DNA of 64,000 nt from Actinomycetota bacterium (GCA_030017835.1 JASEGU010000005.1:5593-69592), one strand, 5' to 3'. Shown: positions 43,995-54,660, counted from the stretch's first letter. Numbers and translations are program-made. The notes: generated from the sequence alone by a model not told the origin.

Positions 43995-44031
43995 GGCCAA
44001 AAAGAAAATCCCCAAACAAGTTGGGGATTTT
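43995..44031 (-). terminator. Rho-independent terminator after clpX
   Basis: An 11-bp stem AAAATCCCCAA/TTGGGGATTTT with a 5-nt loop, followed on the minus strand by CTTTTT. Confidence 0.75.
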
Positions 44032-44061
44032 GAGCTTATCGACAGCCTTTAAGAGATTCTC

Positions 44062-45336
44062 TTAAGCCGTTATCTCCTCATCGACTAGATTTGGATCTTC
44101 ACCCTCGGCGACCAAGGTCGGCTCCATCTCTTTGACCACCGTATCCTTGGTGACAACGCACTTGGAGATGGATGAGGTCGAAGGAACCTCGTACATGGGA
44201 CCGAGCAGAATCTTCTCCAGAACGGCCCTAAGACCCCTTGCTCCGCTCGCCCTCTGAAGCGCCTTCTCAGAGATGGCCAGAAGCGCCCCCTCGGTGAAGA
44301 CGAGATCGACTCCGTCATATGAGAGCATCTTTTTGAACTGCTTGACCAGGGCATTTTTCGGCTCGACGAGTATCTTTATCAGGTCATCCTTGGTCAGATT
44401 ATTGACTGCCGCAATCATCGGCAGACGTCCGACGAACTCGGGGATGAGTCCGTATTTGACCAGATCTTCGGGGAGAACGTACTCCAAGATATGACTGATG
44501 TCCTCGTCATCTTTGGGTTTAAGGTCGGCCCCAAAACCGAGGCCCTTCTTACCCACCCGAGAGCTCACTATCTTGTCTAAACCATTAAAGGCTCCGCCGC
44601 AAATGAAGAGGACGTTGGTGGTGTCTATCTGAATGAACTCCTGATGCGGATGCTTGCGGCCGCCTTGGGGCGGAACGCTGGCCACCGTCCCCTCGAGTAT
44701 CTTGAGAAGTGCCTGCTGAACGCCCTCGCCGGAGACGTCCCGGGTGATCGAGGGATTCTCCGATTTCCTGGCTATTTTGTCGATCTCATCAATGTAGACG
44801 ATGCCGGTCTCGGCCTTCTTGACGTCGAAATCGGCCGCCTGTATCAACTTGAGCAGTATGTTCTCAACATCCTCACCGACGTAGCCGGCCTCGGTCAAAG
44901 CGGTGGCGTCGGCGATGGCGAAGGGAACGTTTAATATCTTGGCCAGAGTCTGGGCGAGCAGTGTTTTTCCGCAACCGGTTGGCCCGATGATTAAGATGTT
45001 GCTCTTCTGGAGCTCGATATCATCCTCTTTGACCTTGCCCATCTTGGCCCGCTTGTAGTGGTTGTAGACGGCAACCGATAGGGTCTTTTTGGCCGATTCC
45101 TGACCGACCACATAATCGCCCAAGATACTAAAGATCTCCTTGGGCTTGGGCAGCTCGTCCACGCTGAATTCGGTCTCGGGCTCCAACTCTTCATCGATGA
45201 TGTCGTTGCAGAGATCGATACACTCATCGCAGATATAGACGCCGGGACCGGCTATCAGTTTTTTGACCTGCCTCTGGCCTTTGCCGCAAAAAGAGCATTT
45301 CAGATGTTCAGGAGGGGTATCTGAGAATTTTGCCAT
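44062..45336 (-). CDS. clpX: ATP-dependent Clp protease ATP-binding subunit ClpX
   Basis: Zinc finger CSFCGK...CDEC, Walker [12 protein letters not shown], and IGF-type loop region. Confidence 0.97.
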   Translation of the reverse strand: MAKFSDTPPEHLKCSFCGKGQRQVKKLIAGPGVYICDECIDLCNDIIDEELEPETEFSVDELPKPKEIFSILGDYVVGQESAKKTLSVAVYNHYKRAKMGKVKEDDIELQKSNILIIGPTGCGKTLLAQTLAKILNVPFAIADATALTEAGYVGEDVENILLKLIQAADFDVKKAETGIVYIDEIDKIARKSENPSITRDVSGEGVQQALLKILEGTVASVPPQGGRKHPHQEFIQIDTTNVLFICGGAFNGLDKIVSSRVGKKGLGFGADLKPKDDEDISHILEYVLPEDLVKYGLIPEFVGRLPMIAAVNNLTKDDLIKILVEPKNALVKQFKKMLSYDGVDLVFTEGALLAISEKALQRASGARGLRAVLEKILLGPMYEVPSTSSISKCVVTKDTVVKEMEPTLVAEGEDPNLVDEEITA

Positions 45337-45346
45337 TTAAAGCTCC

Positions 45347-45934
45347 CTATTTTTTCCTCTCAGCAACTACCTCATCGACCACGCCGTAATTCTTGGCCTC
45401 CTCGGCAGTCATTATGTAATCGCGATCGGTGTCTGAGGATATCTTCTCTATGCTTTGGCCAGTATGCTTGGCTATTATCTCATCGAGTAATCGACGCATC
45501 CTAAGTATTTCTTTAGCTTGGATGTCTATATCAACAGCCTGGCCACTGGCCCCGCCGTGCGGTTGATGTAGAAGCACTCGCGAATTTGGCAGAGCGAACC
45601 TCTTGCCAACCGCTCCCGAAAGAAGTAGAACGGCTGCGCCGCTTGCCGCCTGACCGATGCAGTGGGTCGAAACGTCCGGTTTTATGTACTGCATCGTGTC
45701 ATAGATGGCCAAGGTGTCGGTTATCAGCCCGCCTGGGCTATTGATATAGAGCTGGATGTCCTTCTCGGGATCATCAGACTCGAGATGAAGGAGCTGGGCG
45801 ATGATCACGTTGGCCACATTGTCATCTATCTCACTGCCCAAAAAGACTATCCTCTCGTTTAAGAGACGGGAGTATATATCAAATGATCTCTCGCCTCGAT
45901 TGGTCTGCTCTATTACTATCGGTATCAGACTCAT
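45347..45934 (-). CDS. clpP: ATP-dependent Clp protease proteolytic subunit ClpP
   Basis: Motifs [19 protein letters not shown] and [11 protein letters not shown], with catalytic His in LLHQP. Confidence 0.96.
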   Translation of the reverse strand: MSLIPIVIEQTNRGERSFDIYSRLLNERIVFLGSEIDDNVANVIIAQLLHLESDDPEKDIQLYINSPGGLITDTLAIYDTMQYIKPDVSTHCIGQAASGAAVLLLSGAVGKRFALPNSRVLLHQPHGGASGQAVDIDIQAKEILRMRRLLDEIIAKHTGQSIEKISSDTDRDYIMTAEEAKNYGVVDEVVAERKK

Positions 45935-47256
45935 TTACCCGTTTCCTCCTCTTTATTGTCCTTCTTATCCGCCTTGGCTTTAACCATTTCGACCAGGCGT
46001 TCCATCGCCTTTCTCATCAATAAATCGTCCTCGATATCTGATATGACGCCCCTCTCTTGCAATGTCTTCTTGAGGTCTTCCTTCTCCTCGCCTATCCCGT
46101 CGGCCAGCTCACCAATCTCCTTGTCGACCTCTTCGAAAGAGACTTCTATCTTCTCTTTTTTGGCCAGCGCCTCAAGAACGAGTGACTCCTTTACGGTCCC
46201 GGCCGCCCTCTCTTTGAAAGACTCCTTGAGAATATCGGGACTTGACCCTGTAGCCTTGAAATACTCGTCGCTCCCGACACCACGGGACTTCATGCCGACC
46301 ATAAATTGACTCACCATATCATCTACCCTCCTATCAACCATTATAGCGGGTATATCAACCTTTGACTCTTCGGCTAGTTTAATCAGTATCTCCCTATGAA
46401 AGTCCTCCTCAGCTTTGGCTGCCTTGATATCGGTCAACTTCTTTTTGATATCGGCCTTATACTCGGCCATATCTTTGCAGCCGGCCGCCATATCGGCAAA
46501 TTCGTCGTTTGGCTCGGGAAGGTTTTTGACCTTTATCTCCTTGACGATTACCTTGAAATCTACTTTTTTGCCCGCAATCTCGACAGCATCGAAATCGGCC
46601 GTTGCGTCTATGGAAAAGCTCAATTCGTCTCCGACGCCGGCTCCGATCAGGTTCTTGTCAAATCCGGGAAGGAGCATCTGGCCTCCGATCTCGATCATTG
46701 AGTCGATCCCTGAGCCACCCTCAAACTCTTTGCCGTCCAAAAGACCCTCGAAGTCGATCATGACAAAATCGCCCTCTCTTACCAGCCTATCATCGGCTAC
46801 GCTCAAGGTTGCCTTCCGGTTTCTAGCCGACTCAATCTGGGCCTTGACCTCGTCGTCGGTCACCTTAACTTCAGCCTTCTTGACCGATATCTTCTTGTAG
46901 TCGCCAAGGATCACTTCGGGTTTGACCTCGACTTCAGCCTGATAGACCAGATGATCTGCCCCGGCTTCCTTGACGTCGATCTTGGGAAGATCTATCGGCT
47001 CCACATTCGATTCGGCCACAGCCCGTTCGTAGGAGCCCGGAACGACCTCTTTGATCATCTCATCGATGACCAATCCCTCTCCAAAATGGGAGTCTATGAC
47101 CTTTTTGGGAACCTTTCCTTTGCGAAAACCGGGGACATTGACCTTCTTGGATATCTTGGCATAAGCGGCCACCATCCCCTTTGCCACATCCTCCTTGGGG
47201 ACCTCCACCTTCAAGATGACCTTATTCTTTTCGCCGCGCTCTACTTCTACCTTCAA
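45931..47256 (-). CDS. tig: Trigger factor
   Basis: 441 aa. N-terminal ribosome-binding motif PGFRKGKVP, a central FKBP-like domain, and an acidic tail. Confidence 0.95.
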   Translation of the reverse strand: MKVEVERGEKNKVILKVEVPKEDVAKGMVAAYAKISKKVNVPGFRKGKVPKKVIDSHFGEGLVIDEMIKEVVPGSYERAVAESNVEPIDLPKIDVKEAGADHLVYQAEVEVKPEVILGDYKKISVKKAEVKVTDDEVKAQIESARNRKATLSVADDRLVREGDFVMIDFEGLLDGKEFEGGSGIDSMIEIGGQMLLPGFDKNLIGAGVGDELSFSIDATADFDAVEIAGKKVDFKVIVKEIKVKNLPEPNDEFADMAAGCKDMAEYKADIKKKLTDIKAAKAEEDFHREILIKLAEESKVDIPAIMVDRRVDDMVSQFMVGMKSRGVGSDEYFKATGSSPDILKESFKERAAGTVKESLVLEALAKKEKIEVSFEEVDKEIGELADGIGEEKEDLKKTLQERGVISDIEDDLLMRKAMERLVEMVKAKADKKDNKEEETGK

Positions 47257-47286
47257 GGATTCGTCTCCAAACGGTTTTTATGATGA

Positions 47287-47370
47287 TGGTGCGGGTGAGA
47301 GGAGTTGAACCTCCACGCCTTGCGGCACATGCTCCTAAGGCATGCGTGTCTGCCATTCCACCACACCCGC
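47287..47370 (-). tRNA. tRNA-Leu (anticodon TAG), long variable arm, CCA encoded
   Basis: Hand-folded: acceptor GCGGGTG/CACCCGC, anticodon stem CATGC/GCATG with loop CTTAGGA, T-loop GGTTCAACTCC. Confidence 0.9.
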
Positions 47371-47398
47371 AAATCTGATCGACGGTGATAAAGATAAG

Positions 47399-47474
47399 TG
47401 GTGGGCCGTACAGGATTCGAACCTGTGACCTTGGGATTAAGAGTCCCCTGCTCTACCAACTAAGCTAACGGCCC
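47399..47474 (-). tRNA. tRNA-Lys (anticodon CTT), CCA encoded
   Basis: Hand-folded: acceptor GGGCCGT/ACGGCCC, anticodon loop CTCTTAA, T-arm ACAGG-TTCGAAT-CCTGT. Confidence 0.9.
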
Positions 47475-47510
47475 GCATTTATATGCATGGATCATCTTTA
47501 GCTAAAACTC

Positions 47511-47587
47511 TGGCGCGCCTGGAGGGATTCGAACCCCCGACCTGCGGATTAGAAGTCCGATGCTCTATCCAGCTGAGCTACAGGCGC
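47511..47587 (-). tRNA. tRNA-Arg (anticodon TCT), CCA encoded
   Basis: Hand-folded: acceptor GCGCCTG/CAGGCGC, anticodon loop CTTCTAA, T-loop TTCGAAT. Confidence 0.88.
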
Positions 47588-47662
47588 ATCTGGTCAAACT
47601 TTTGCTGGTTGAAATTTACCCAACCAAGCGCTTTCAGCACTCACCCATCGCTTCGGCGATGT

Positions 47663-47737
47663 TGGAGCGGGAGACGGGACTCGAACCCGCGACCAACAGC
47701 TTGGAAGGCTGTGACTCTACCACTGAGTTACTCCCGC
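47663..47737 (-). tRNA. tRNA-Gly (anticodon TCC), CCA encoded
   Basis: Hand-folded: acceptor GCGGGAG/CTCCCGC, anticodon stem ACAGC/GCTGT with loop CTTCCAA. Confidence 0.9.
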
Positions 47738-47749
47738 TTAAAAAGATGA

Positions 47750-47827
47750 TGGGGTGGCTGAGGGGACTCGAACCCCCGGCCTTTGGAGCCACAGTCCAAC
47801 GCTCTAACCAACTGAGCTACAGCCACC
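47750..47827 (-). tRNA. tRNA-His (anticodon GTG) with encoded G-1 and CCA
   Basis: Hand-folded: an extra 5' G opposite discriminator C, acceptor GTGGCTG/CAGCCAC, anticodon loop CTGTGGC. Confidence 0.9.
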
Positions 47828-47867
47828 ATCTAAGAGTCAATCTCTGAAATCTGGCCAGGTTTATTCC

Positions 47868-47946
47868 TGGTCGGGGTGGAGGGATTCGAACCCCCGGCCT
47901 CCTGCTCCCAAAGCAGGCGCGCTAAACCAAGCTGCGCTACACCCCG
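47868..47946 (-). tRNA. tRNA-Pro (anticodon TGG), CCA encoded
   Basis: Hand-folded: acceptor CGGGGTG/CACCCCG, anticodon stem CCTGC/GCAGG with loop TTTGGGA. Confidence 0.9.
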
Positions 47947-48200
47947 CGTGATCTATAAAAGATCGCTCAAAACAAATGATAAGGTTTTCAAAGAATATTT
48001 TTGCCCCGCAATATTTGCGGGGCATACCTTGCAAAAGACCAGTAGTAGTATAAGAAAAATATCTTAAGCAGTCAAATGAGCGAGGCCCGTTTCGTGGCGT
48101 GCAAATCGATTAAGGGATCGCGTCAACCTTAAAGAGTTGAGTATCGCTTTTGTGCAACATCTTGCCCTAAAAATCGTCTGTAGCCTCATGGGGGCTCAAA

Positions 48201-48794
48201 TCAATCTCTTAGGACCTCTATTATCTCCTTCATCTGCCGAAAAGCCTTGCCTCGATGACTAAGCTCATTTTTGAATTCTGGTTCAAGTTCAGCCATGGTT
48301 TTATTATAGCCATCCGGGACGAAGACCGGGTCGTAACCAAAGCCTTTAAGGCCCCTTGGTTCGGTTGCGATCGCTCCTTTGCAGTCGCCGCAGGTAGAAT
48401 AGTTCTTGCCGCCTGGAAGCGTAAGGACGGCCAAGCAGACGAATCTAGCCGATCTTCCGTCTTCCGGCACGCCCTCCATCTCCTTGAGCAGCTTTGCAAC
48501 GTTGGCGTTATCGTCACCTTGAACTCCGGCGTATCTTGCCGATAAGACCCCGGGCTTGCCGCCCAAATGATCGACCTGAAGACCGGAGTCGTCGGCCAAG
48601 GCGGCCATATCATGGCACTCCGTCAAGGCCTGAGCCTTTATTCTCGCATTCTCTTCAAAGGTGGCCCCTGTCTCTTCGATATCAGGCCAGTCAGAAAAGT
48701 CCTTGTAGGTCAAGACTTGAGACGGTTTTAAGCCCAGTATCTCGACGATCTCCCTTATCTTTCCGTCGTTCTTGCTGGCTATTATGATCTTCAT
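48201..48794 (-). CDS. rdgB: Non-canonical purine NTP pyrophosphatase (XTP/dITP diphosphatase, RdgB/HAM1)
   Basis: Motifs IIIASKNDGKIREI, DDSGLQVD and FGYDPVF. Lies directly downstream of rph. Confidence 0.93.
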   Translation of the reverse strand: MKIIIASKNDGKIREIVEILGLKPSQVLTYKDFSDWPDIEETGATFEENARIKAQALTECHDMAALADDSGLQVDHLGGKPGVLSARYAGVQGDDNANVAKLLKEMEGVPEDGRSARFVCLAVLTLPGGKNYSTCGDCKGAIATEPRGLKGFGYDPVFVPDGYNKTMAELEPEFKNELSHRGKAFRQMKEIIEVLRD

Positions 48795-48795
48795 C

Positions 48796-49557
48796 CTACC
48801 CCGTCCCGGAAAACGGAATGAACCTCTCGAAATCTTCTCCGATCAATGCCTTTTGAGCTTCGATCAGCTCCAGGAGGCCGACCTCGGCCAGGTTCAAGAG
48901 CTCATCGAACTCTGCCCTGTTGAAGGGCTTAGACTCGGCCGTTCCCTGCACCTCGATAAACTCCATGGCCGTCGTCATGACAACATTCATGTCGACCTCG
49001 GCCGCCGAGTCCTCCACGAAGGAGAGATCAAGATGGGGCCTTCCTCCCACTATACCGACGCTGGTTGCGGCCACCCCGGCCCCGATCGGAAATGAGTCGA
49101 ACTTATCCTGATCATAAAGGTATTTCACGGCATCAAACAGAGCTACGAAGGAGCCGGTTATTGCGGCCGTCCTGGTACCGCCGTCGGCTTGGATGACATC
49201 TGCATCTATCCAAATGGTCAACTCGCCAAGCTTTTTCAGATCGATAACCGAACGAAGAGACCGTCCGATCAGGCGTTGTATCTCATGGGTCCTTCCCCCC
49301 ACCCGGCCAAGCGACGATTCGCGGCTACTTCTTATGGTTGTAGATCTGGGAAGCATCGAGTATTCGGCCGTGACCCAGCCCTGGCCGCTCCCCCGAAGGA
49401 ATGGCGGTACCTTGCCCTCCTCTACGGTGGCCGTGCAGATGACCCTGGTGCCTCCGAGCTCAATTAAGACCGAGCCTTCGGCGTGAGCGATATAGTTCCT
49501 ATGAATAGCGATCTTTCTAAGCTCGTCGTAAGCCCTGCCGTCAACCCTAAAAGACAT
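48796..49557 (-). CDS. rph: Ribonuclease PH
   Basis: Motifs [25 protein letters not shown] and [14 protein letters not shown]. Confidence 0.95.
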   Translation of the reverse strand: MSFRVDGRAYDELRKIAIHRNYIAHAEGSVLIELGGTRVICTATVEEGKVPPFLRGSGQGWVTAEYSMLPRSTTIRSSRESSLGRVGGRTHEIQRLIGRSLRSVIDLKKLGELTIWIDADVIQADGGTRTAAITGSFVALFDAVKYLYDQDKFDSFPIGAGVAATSVGIVGGRPHLDLSFVEDSAAEVDMNVVMTTAMEFIEVQGTAESKPFNRAEFDELLNLAEVGLLELIEAQKALIGEDFERFIPFSGTG

Positions 49558-49590
49558 CTTCCCTCCATCGAATAGAACTGATTTTAGACT

Positions 49591-50337
49591 CTAAAACTGA
49601 AATATCTGGCCTTCTTCGGCCGACTCGACCCCTTTAAAACCGATCCCTTTGGCCTCAGCAAGTGAGACCGCCTTGTCGTAAGTCGGCCAGATGTGGGTCA
49701 AAATCAGCCTCTTTGCGCCCGCCTCCTTGGCAAGGTGAGCCGCCTCCTCGGCCGCAAGATGATCTTCGGTCATGCCCAAATGAGCTTGTTGTAATGTAGC
49801 CTCTGAGAGCAGAAGGTCTGCGCCGGCCGCAATCCTTACCATCCCCTCGAAATACCCGGTGTCGGCCGTATAGACGAATCTCTTATCTCCGCTGACAGTA
49901 ACGGCAAAAGTCTCTATGGAGTGCCGGGTCCTGTCGAATTTCAGCTTGAGAGTGGAGATGCCCAGGCTCATGCCATCAACTATATCATTGAAATCAAAGA
50001 TACGGGACATCTCTGCCCCGGCACCTTCGGGCAGTATCGATCCGATCAGCTCAAAAGCCCCGGTTGGAGCGAAGGTTTTCAGTCTGAAATCCGGCCTAGA
50101 GGCGTCGAATTGATAATGATATCTTAAGGGATAGATATCAAGAAAGTGATCGGGATGGAGATGGGTTATTATCAAGGCATCGAGATCAGAGGGATCGATC
50201 CACCTCAACAGGTTGCTCAATGATCCCGTCCCGATATCTATCAGAAGCCTTGTCTCTCCATCTTCAAGCAGATAACCACTGCAAGCCTGGCCGACGCCGG
50301 GGTAGGCGGCCGAGGCTCCAAGGATAGTCAGCTTCAC
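49591..50337 (-). CDS. MBL-fold metallo-hydrolase
   Basis: THLHPDH motif and a downstream TADTGY. 248 aa. Confidence 0.8.
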   Translation of the reverse strand: MKLTILGASAAYPGVGQACSGYLLEDGETRLLIDIGTGSLSNLLRWIDPSDLDALIITHLHPDHFLDIYPLRYHYQFDASRPDFRLKTFAPTGAFELIGSILPEGAGAEMSRIFDFNDIVDGMSLGISTLKLKFDRTRHSIETFAVTVSGDKRFVYTADTGYFEGMVRIAAGADLLLSEATLQQAHLGMTEDHLAAEEAAHLAKEAGAKRLILTHIWPTYDKAVSLAEAKGIGFKGVESAEEGQIFQF

Positions 50338-50868
50338 TTAAGACCCGTCCTTTGGAACGCCTCCCCGCTTAAGGAGAAAGAGCAGAAGTGGATAGCCGAG
50401 GCCGTAGACGGAGACCGCCTCACCAAGACCGACGTATACGACGCTCAACCAGTAAGGCAGGCCAAGGACCATCTTCAGGATCAGGGCAACTCCGAAGGCG
50501 TTGAATAATACGGGCGGCGTAAGGCCCAAAAGTGCTCCGATGTGGGGGTGGCCTTTAGTCGGTCTCTTCAAAAAGTGCGCGCCTATGCGCCATGTCATGA
50601 TGGCCGCAGCGAGGGTGAGAAAGGAACCGAAGAAGATATCCCAAGGACCCAGACCTCCGTATATGTTGGCTATCATGCAGCCGATGAATAGACCGGGTAC
50701 CACCGCCGGCTCAAAAAAGGCTAAAGCGGTCAGGGCCTCCGATATCCTGAGTTGGACCTGCCCATAGCTTATGGGGGCAAAAGCGACCGTTAAGCCAGCG
50801 TAGAGGGCGGCTATCAGGGCCGCTCTGGTTATGAAATTTATCTTGATATCTCGATATTTAGTCATCAT
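50338..50868 (-). CDS. queT: Queuosine precursor transporter QueT (ECF S-component-like)
   Basis: Motifs TRAALIAALYAGLTVAFAPISYGQVQLRISEAL and a polytopic topology. The GAGGTGG SD favours the MMTKY Met pair over the tracked ATG at 50880. Confidence 0.8.
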   Translation of the reverse strand: MMTKYRDIKINFITRAALIAALYAGLTVAFAPISYGQVQLRISEALTALAFFEPAVVPGLFIGCMIANIYGGLGPWDIFFGSFLTLAAAIMTWRIGAHFLKRPTKGHPHIGALLGLTPPVLFNAFGVALILKMVLGLPYWLSVVYVGLGEAVSVYGLGYPLLLFLLKRGGVPKDGS

Positions 50869-50876
50869 ATTCCACC

Positions 50877-51713
50877 TCATCCTAGTATTGTCTGTTCTAC
50901 CGTCCCTATTTCTCCACCCAGAAAGCGGCTGCCGAGCCTCAAAAACTTATCTGAATCGCCGCTCGATATGAACCTGCATCTTTTCAGATTGCTGCCGGAA
51001 TTAATAAAACCCTTCCTCTGCAATATCTCCCCTATCTCCATGGCCGTCTCTTTGGCCGAGTTTATGAGGCTTATGCCGTTCCCCGCCACCTTCTCTATGG
51101 TCTTACCGAGAAGAGGGTAATGGGTACAGCCCAAAATGAGGGTATCTATCCCTCCGTCTAATAGTGGTTTTAAATAACCCTTCAATTTTATCTCGACCTC
51201 TTCTCCGCTCAGCTTGCCCTCTTCAACGAAGTCGGCCAATTCGGGGGTTACTTGATCGAAAATTTCCGCTCCCATATCGAAGGCGTGGACCGCCCTCCGA
51301 TAAGCACCGCTCGAGATGGTCGCCTGAGTCCCGATGACTCCGATTTTGCGGCTCACGGTCGCTTGGGCGGCGGCCCTGGCCCCCGGTTCGACCACCCCGA
51401 TTATCGGAATGGAAAAGTGCCTCTGGGCCTCTTCTAGGGCCGCCGCCGAGGCGCTATTGCAGGCGATGACGATCATCTTGACGCCCTGACCCTGCAAAAA
51501 ATCGGCTATCTGAAAGACGAATCTCTTCAGCTCCTCGGCCGGACGCAGGCCATAGGGGAAACGGGCCGTATCGCCAAAATATATCAGGCTTTCGCCTTCA
51601 AGCTGCCTTAAGACTTCGCCGACCACGGTCAGCCCACCGACGCCCGAGTCGAAGATGCCTATCGGTTTCTCATTCAAATTGCGCCTCGAATCCTTGAAAA
51701 ATGACTGATACAT
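50877..51713 (-). CDS. murI: Glutamate racemase
   Basis: Motifs GIFDSGVGGLTV, IACNSASA and LGCTHYP. Confidence 0.95.
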   Translation of the reverse strand: MYQSFFKDSRRNLNEKPIGIFDSGVGGLTVVGEVLRQLEGESLIYFGDTARFPYGLRPAEELKRFVFQIADFLQGQGVKMIVIACNSASAAALEEAQRHFSIPIIGVVEPGARAAAQATVSRKIGVIGTQATISSGAYRRAVHAFDMGAEIFDQVTPELADFVEEGKLSGEEVEIKLKGYLKPLLDGGIDTLILGCTHYPLLGKTIEKVAGNGISLINSAKETAMEIGEILQRKGFINSGSNLKRCRFISSGDSDKFLRLGSRFLGGEIGTVEQTILG

Positions 51714-51780
51714 TATAGATGGAATTTAAGGGAAATTAAATGGGAGCGGATGATTTGCGGCTTCTTGATTTTCAAAAACT

Positions 51781-51809
51781 AAAGCCTTACCACGGGTGAG
51801 CAAGGCTTT
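51781..51809 (-). terminator. Hairpin downstream of ssrA (candidate terminator)
   Basis: An 8-bp stem AAAGCCTT/AAGGCTTT lies immediately 3' of the tmRNA CCA end. The downstream T-tract is only partial. Confidence 0.5.
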
Positions 51810-51815
51810 AAATAT

Positions 51816-52161
51816 TGGTGGAGGTGCGGAGAATCGAACTCCGGTCCTAGAGCAACTCAGGTCAAGCCTTCTACGAGCGTATCCGATCTAATTTTTCGCT
51901 CCAAAGGCCCCGGTCGGCAAAGATCCTTTGGAGTTATCCCGTAAATTTCCCCTTAAGCCTACGGGAGTCGGCTTAAAAGTAGCTCACTTGCGACGTCCAT
52001 TTAAGACCGTGAGCTTTTCTTAAAGGACGTGGTTGCTATTTAAGCAGCCAGTGCGTAGTTATTATCGGCGTTTGGTTTAAACGCTTTGGCGGTTTAACGA
52101 GGAACCAAAACCTCGGCTCGCTTCCCTCATCCCGTCACTTCAGTCGAATCCATTCACCCCC
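51816..52161 (-). ncRNA. ssrA: tmRNA (SsrA)
   Basis: The 5' end is GGGGGTGAATGGATTCGAC. The 3' tRNA-like end is GGACCGGAGTTCGATTCTCCGCACCTCCACCA. An internal tag frame ends GCC GAT AAT AAC TAC GCA CTG GCT GCT TAA (..ADNNYALAA stop). It is adjacent to smpB. Confidence 0.93.
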
Positions 52162-52198
52162 AAATGATCTCGCCAACCAAGTTGGCCGGCCGTGCGCG

Positions 52199-52687
52199 CT
52201 AGTTGGACTTTTTCGCTCTGGTCCCCTTGCTTCTCTCTTTAAGAGCTCTCTCCAACTCACGCTTTGAAGTCCTTTCGGCAATGACAGCCCTTTTATCATA
52301 GAGCTTCTTGCCCCTTGCGAGTCCCAACTCTATTTTAACAAGATTGTGGGAAAAGTAAACCTTGAGGGGAACGAGAGCGAGCCCCTTCTCTTTGAGCTTT
52401 CCGGCCAGCCTATCTATTTCATACCTCTTCAAGAGGAGCTTTCTCGGCCTGGTGGCGTCCTGTTCCTCGGAGCGGCCGAAATTATAGGGACTGATGTGCA
52501 TGTTGTGGAGAAAGACTTCATTCCCCTTTAGGCGCGCGAAACTATCTTTAAGATTAACCCTGCCCATGCGGACCGATTTTACTTCGTTTCCGGTTAAAAC
52601 GATGCCAGCCTCATAGGTGTCGTCTATAAAATAGTCGTGATATGCTTTTTTATTGGTGGCAACTATCTTATGCTCGCTCAAATTCAT
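52199..52687 (-). CDS. smpB: SsrA-binding protein SmpB
   Basis: 162 aa. Motifs [10 protein letters not shown] and GNEVKS, with a basic C-terminal tail. Confidence 0.95.
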   Translation of the reverse strand: MNLSEHKIVATNKKAYHDYFIDDTYEAGIVLTGNEVKSVRMGRVNLKDSFARLKGNEVFLHNMHISPYNFGRSEEQDATRPRKLLLKRYEIDRLAGKLKEKGLALVPLKVYFSHNLVKIELGLARGKKLYDKRAVIAERTSKRELERALKERSKGTRAKKSN

Positions 52688-52854
52688 CCCTCTGCAATTT
52701 GGGGCTTTAGCCGAAAATTATATCATAACCACGCCTCTTTGGCGGCGTCGCAAAAAATCTCGCCGCAAAAAAGACTTCTTAAACAAAGACAGAATTTAAT
52801 TAATTGTATACCTGTTTTAAGGGAAACAGCCTAAAGAGAAGGGAGGGAAGACAT

Positions 52855-53781
52855 TTGAATAAAACGAGATATTTTGTGGCGATCCTCTTGGTCACCATGC
52901 TTGTTTTGTCGGGATGCGCCGGAGCCACCCAAAGGGTGAGCGGTAACGAAATCATTATAGCCGTTCACACCAGCCTTACGGGAGGACTAGCCGACTATGG
53001 TTACGCGGCCAACGAGGCGATAAAGCTGGCCAACAAGGACATGCCGACCGTCACCGTGGGAGGGACCGAGTATGCGATCAAGGTCGTAACCTACGATGAT
53101 AAGGGCGAGGGGGCCGAGGCGGCTGTGGTTGCCCAGCGGGCGATCGATGAGGGTGCAGTTGGAGTTATAGGCTGTCTTACAAGCGGTAACACCAATGCTT
53201 CCATGCCGATCTACGCCAAAGTGAGCATCCCCATGATCTCCGGCTCAGCTACAAATCCAGATTTGACCGAAGGTGAGAACACTAACTTCTTTAGAACTTG
53301 CCTCCGAGATGACCTCCAAGGTCAAGCCATCGGCGAGTGGGTGGCTGAGATGGGTTACAAGAAGGTCGTCGTCATGGATGACAAGGGAGACTATGCCGTC
53401 GGACTCGGCAATGAGGTCGAGAAGACCTTGAAAGCTGAGGGCATCGAGACCCACCGTGAACAATGCCAAGAGGGTGATACTGACTTTGCGGCTCAAATCA
53501 ATAACATCAAGAACTTTGCTGCTGATTTGGTCATCTTCACAGGTTATCACCGCGAGGCTAGTCTCTTGAAGAAGCAAATGGTTGAGGCCGGTATGATCAC
53601 TGTCGCCTTCATGGGAGGCGACGGCATCAAGAGCGAAGAGATCTTCACCGAGGCTGGTGGAGCCGCCAACGCAGAAGGAATCATGGCGACTTTCGGTTCT
53701 CTTTCTCAAGACGAGATGCCCGGTTATGAAAAGTTCAAAGAGGCCTTCAAGGCGGCAACGACCAAGGATCCCGGTCCTTAA
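52855..53781 (+). pseudogene. Branched-chain amino acid ABC transporter substrate-binding lipoprotein (LivJ/K type), 3'-truncated
   Basis: TTG start behind a GGGAGGG SD, lipobox LVLSGCAG, and a Peripla_BP_6-like body. It ends abruptly at ...KDPGP, roughly 70-80 aa short of the usual length, directly at the junction with a livG tail. Confidence 0.65.
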
Positions 53782-53783
53782 GG

Positions 53784-53963
53784 GATATGGGCAACACCAT
53801 CCTCCTCATAGAGCACGACATGAAGGTGGTCATGGGGGCATCAGATCGGGTGGTGGCCATGGACCACGGCGAAAAGATAGCCGAAGGCCGACCCGAAGAG
53901 GTGGCCAAGAACCCCTACGTGATTGAGGCCTACCTTGGAAAAAAGGGAGCAAAACTTGCTTAA
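53784..53963 (+). pseudogene. Remnant: last ~59 codons of the ABC ATPase LivG
   Basis: Reads DMGNTILLIEHDMKVVMGASDRVVAMDHGEKIAEGRPEEVAKNPYVIEAYLG. There is no Walker A/B region and no upstream permease genes. Its stop overlaps the livF start as in intact livG-livF junctions. Confidence 0.7.
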
Positions 53964-54660
53964 GTTGGAAAACGTCCAGACCCATTACGGGCGGATAGAG
54001 ATACTCAAACGCATCAACATAGAGGTAAAGAAGGGTGAGATCGTCTGTCTGCTCGGAGGAAACGCTTCCGGCAAGTCGACCACCATGAAGACGATTTTGG
54101 GGATAGTCAGGCCTACTAAGGGTAAGGTCTTCTTCGAGGATAAGTTCATTAACGATCTGGCCACCACCGAGCGGATAAAGCTCGGCATCACCCCCGTGCC
54201 AGAGAATAGGCGCCTCTTCCCCCGCTTGACCGTTCTGGAAAACCTTGAGATGGGCGCCTATGTTAGAGTTGACGGCGAGATAAATGACGATCTGGAGAAA
54301 GTATATACTCTCTTTCCGAGAATCAAGGAGCGCCTCAGTCAGCTTGCAGGAACCCTTTCGGGCGGAGAGCAACAGATGGTCGCCTTGGGCCGGGCCATGA
54401 GCGCCCGTCCCAAGCTCATCGTCATGGATGAGCCGTCGATGGGCCTCTCTCCGGCTCTGGTCGATCAGTCCTTCGAGATTATCAAGAATATAAATAAGCA
54501 AGGCGTCACCATATTTATGGTCGAACAGAACGCCCACGCCGCCCTATCGATCGCTGATCGAGGCTACGTCCTTCAAACCGGAAAAATAGTCATATCCGGC
54601 GAGGCGAAAGAGCTCCTAAAGAGCGACGAGATAAGAAAGGCTTATCTCGGGGAGGTTTAG
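53956..54660 (+). CDS. livF: Branched-chain amino acid ABC transporter ATP-binding protein LivF
   Basis: N-terminus (M)LKLENVQTHYG, Walker A GGNASGKSTT, signature LSGGEQQM, Walker B LIVMDEPS. TTG start behind a GGGAG SD. Confidence 0.88.
   Translation: MLKLENVQTHYGRIEILKRINIEVKKGEIVCLLGGNASGKSTTMKTILGIVRPTKGKVFFEDKFINDLATTERIKLGITPVPENRRLFPRLTVLENLEMGAYVRVDGEINDDLEKVYTLFPRIKERLSQLAGTLSGGEQQMVALGRAMSARPKLIVMDEPSMGLSPALVDQSFEIIKNINKQGVTIFMVEQNAHAALSIADRGYVLQTGKIVISGEAKELLKSDEIRKAYLGEV

Noticed and set aside
48002-48024. A 10-bp GC-rich hairpin TGCCCCGCAA/TTGCGGGGCA between rdgB and the tRNA cluster, considered as a terminator.
   Set aside because: On the minus (gene) strand it is followed by an A-tract, not a U-tract, and no plus-strand gene ends here. 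Its function is undetermined, so it is not called as a terminator.
50880-50960. An expected preQ1 riboswitch upstream of queT.
   Set aside because: The sequence upstream of queT is murI coding sequence with a stop/start overlap. No preQ1-like hairpin or A-rich tail is seen.
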